Assembly: GCA_050331815.1 (NCBI GenBank)
Contig: JBHJGM010000007.1
Coordinates: 44,488-108,487, forward strand
From: Opitutales bacterium
Lineage (GTDB): Bacteria; Verrucomicrobiota; Verrucomicrobiia; Opitutales; JBHJGM01
Direction of reading: 5' to 3'
Length of the DNA stretch: 64,000 bases
The notes beneath the pieces are model-generated. The model saw only the letters and a list, made by a program, of their open reading frames with translations, ran no database searches and had not been told where the DNA came from. Numbering within the stretch: position 1 is the stretch's first letter; the number at the start of each line of letters is the position of its first letter. A program made the position numbers and the translations under genes. Of the stretch, positions 63,328 through 64,000 are shown in pieces.

Positions 63328-64000
63328 ATGCCGCGTACTCGTATTTCGCTTGTTTGGCTGCTGCTGCCCTGGGCGCTAACGCTGCCCTTGCAGGCGCTGC
63401 CGCCGGAGCTGGTCGTGCGGGCAGAGGCTGCGCTCCATGCGGAGATTCCCGTCCCGAGCGGTCCGGCCCAGGCGGGGGCAAAAACCATGCGATTGGAAGT
63501 GGGTGCGCTTAAAAACGCGGAGCTCGGTAATACTGTGATCGCCTTGCGCGGTCACCTAACCAAACAGCTGAAGCCAGGCGTTTATCTGTTCAGCGACGGC
63601 ACGGGGGTGGTGCCGGTGCACATTGCGACGTACCTGTTTCCGCCCACGCCGGTCACTCCGGAAACGCCCCTTGAAATTCGTGGCACGCTCAAACGCGAAT
63701 TCCTGGCTAACCCGGAAATGGACGTGGCCACCCTACAGGTGCTGGGTGACGCGGTCGACGCGCTGGCCGACGCGCAGGATTTCTCGCTTGGCGAACTATT
63801 GAAAAAGCCCATCGACGGGCTACCGGTCAGCGTCCGTGGCGAACTGGTTTTCTTTCTCGACGAGGGCAGCTTTATTTTTCGCGACGGCAGCGGCCTCATG
63901 AGAGTTGATGCCGAGGGGATGGAAACCGACTTGCTCGACTACCGCCCAGGTGCGCGCATTCGCATTTTGGGGCGGACCATGGTGCGTGCGTATAGAACGC
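63328..64000 (+). CDS. BOF/YgiW-family OB-fold periplasmic protein with at least two OB repeats; runs off the right edge
   Basis: My own translation from the ATG at 63328: signal peptide MPRTRISLVWLLLPWALTLPLQA, then VIALRGHLTKQLKPGVYLFSDGTGVVPVHI...LEIRGTLKRE...MDVATLQVL, and a second copy VSVRGELVFFLDEGSFIFRDGSGLMRVD. No stop before nt 64000, which is why the ORF track does not list it. Confidence 0.6.
   Translation, partial: MPRTRISLVWLLLPWALTLPLQALPPELVVRAEAALHAEIPVPSGPAQAGAKTMRLEVGALKNAELGNTVIALRGHLTKQLKPGVYLFSDGTGVVPVHIATYLFPPTPVTPETPLEIRGTLKREFLANPEMDVATLQVLGDAVDALADAQDFSLGELLKKPIDGLPVSVRGELVFFLDEGSFIFRDGSGLMRVDAEGMETDLLDYRPGARIRILGRTMVRAYRT

Noticed and set aside
1-64000. CRISPR arrays, rRNA genes, transposases, or recognisable structured RNAs (RNase P, SRP, tmRNA)
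   Set aside because: Visual scanning found no regularly spaced repeats beyond the two-copy 35-mer and none of the hallmark motifs of these RNAs. This is a by-eye negative, not a covariance-model search.

Overview
GC-rich bacterial chromosomal segment. Gene content (PSCyt1-type cytochrome c domain, DUF4838, EpsI, long-form UDP-glucose dehydrogenase, System II cytochrome c biogenesis) suggests the PVC superphylum, probably Verrucomicrobiota/Opitutales-like; this is inference only. I support about 60 protein genes, 2 tRNAs (Arg-UCU, Ala-GGC), one decayed toxin gene, several intrinsic terminators and a few short repeat or palindrome elements. I saw no rRNA, CRISPR array, transposase, integrase or prophage genes.

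Layout:
- Sugar and amino-acid metabolism plus an orphan nucleotidyl cyclase (0.5-7.3 kb).
- Housekeeping genes: ctp-like peptidase, tsaD, trpE, rpoD, rpsA, nrdDG (7.3-19 kb).
- Oxidoreductases and glycosidases (19-29 kb).
- resB-ccsA cytochrome c biogenesis with two attached cytochromes (30-35 kb).
- SulP transporter, PolX and a vapB/decayed-vapC pair (35-40 kb).
- LPS core genes hldA-kdsA-kdsB-kdsD (40-43.6 kb).
- arsR-arsC-porin operon (43.7-45.8 kb).
- ugd and a DUF4838 protein (46-50.5 kb).
- An ~11-kb glycan locus (50.5-61.5 kb).
- uxaC and a BOF-family gene (61.8-64 kb).

The best candidate for something not yet described is in the glycan locus. A PglC/PglD/PglE-like amino-sugar module is interleaved with a private acyl-chain factory of two ACPs, a KASIII, two SDRs and an acyl-AMP ligase, with no dehydratase or enoyl reductase. 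An antisense EpsI-family gene with no exosortase nearby interrupts it, followed by an ORF with no in-frame ATG. I found no recognisable anti-phage defence system.

Many long ORFs in the six-frame track are high-GC shadow ORFs and are rejected. All family assignments come from motif recognition by eye and need HMM or BLAST confirmation.
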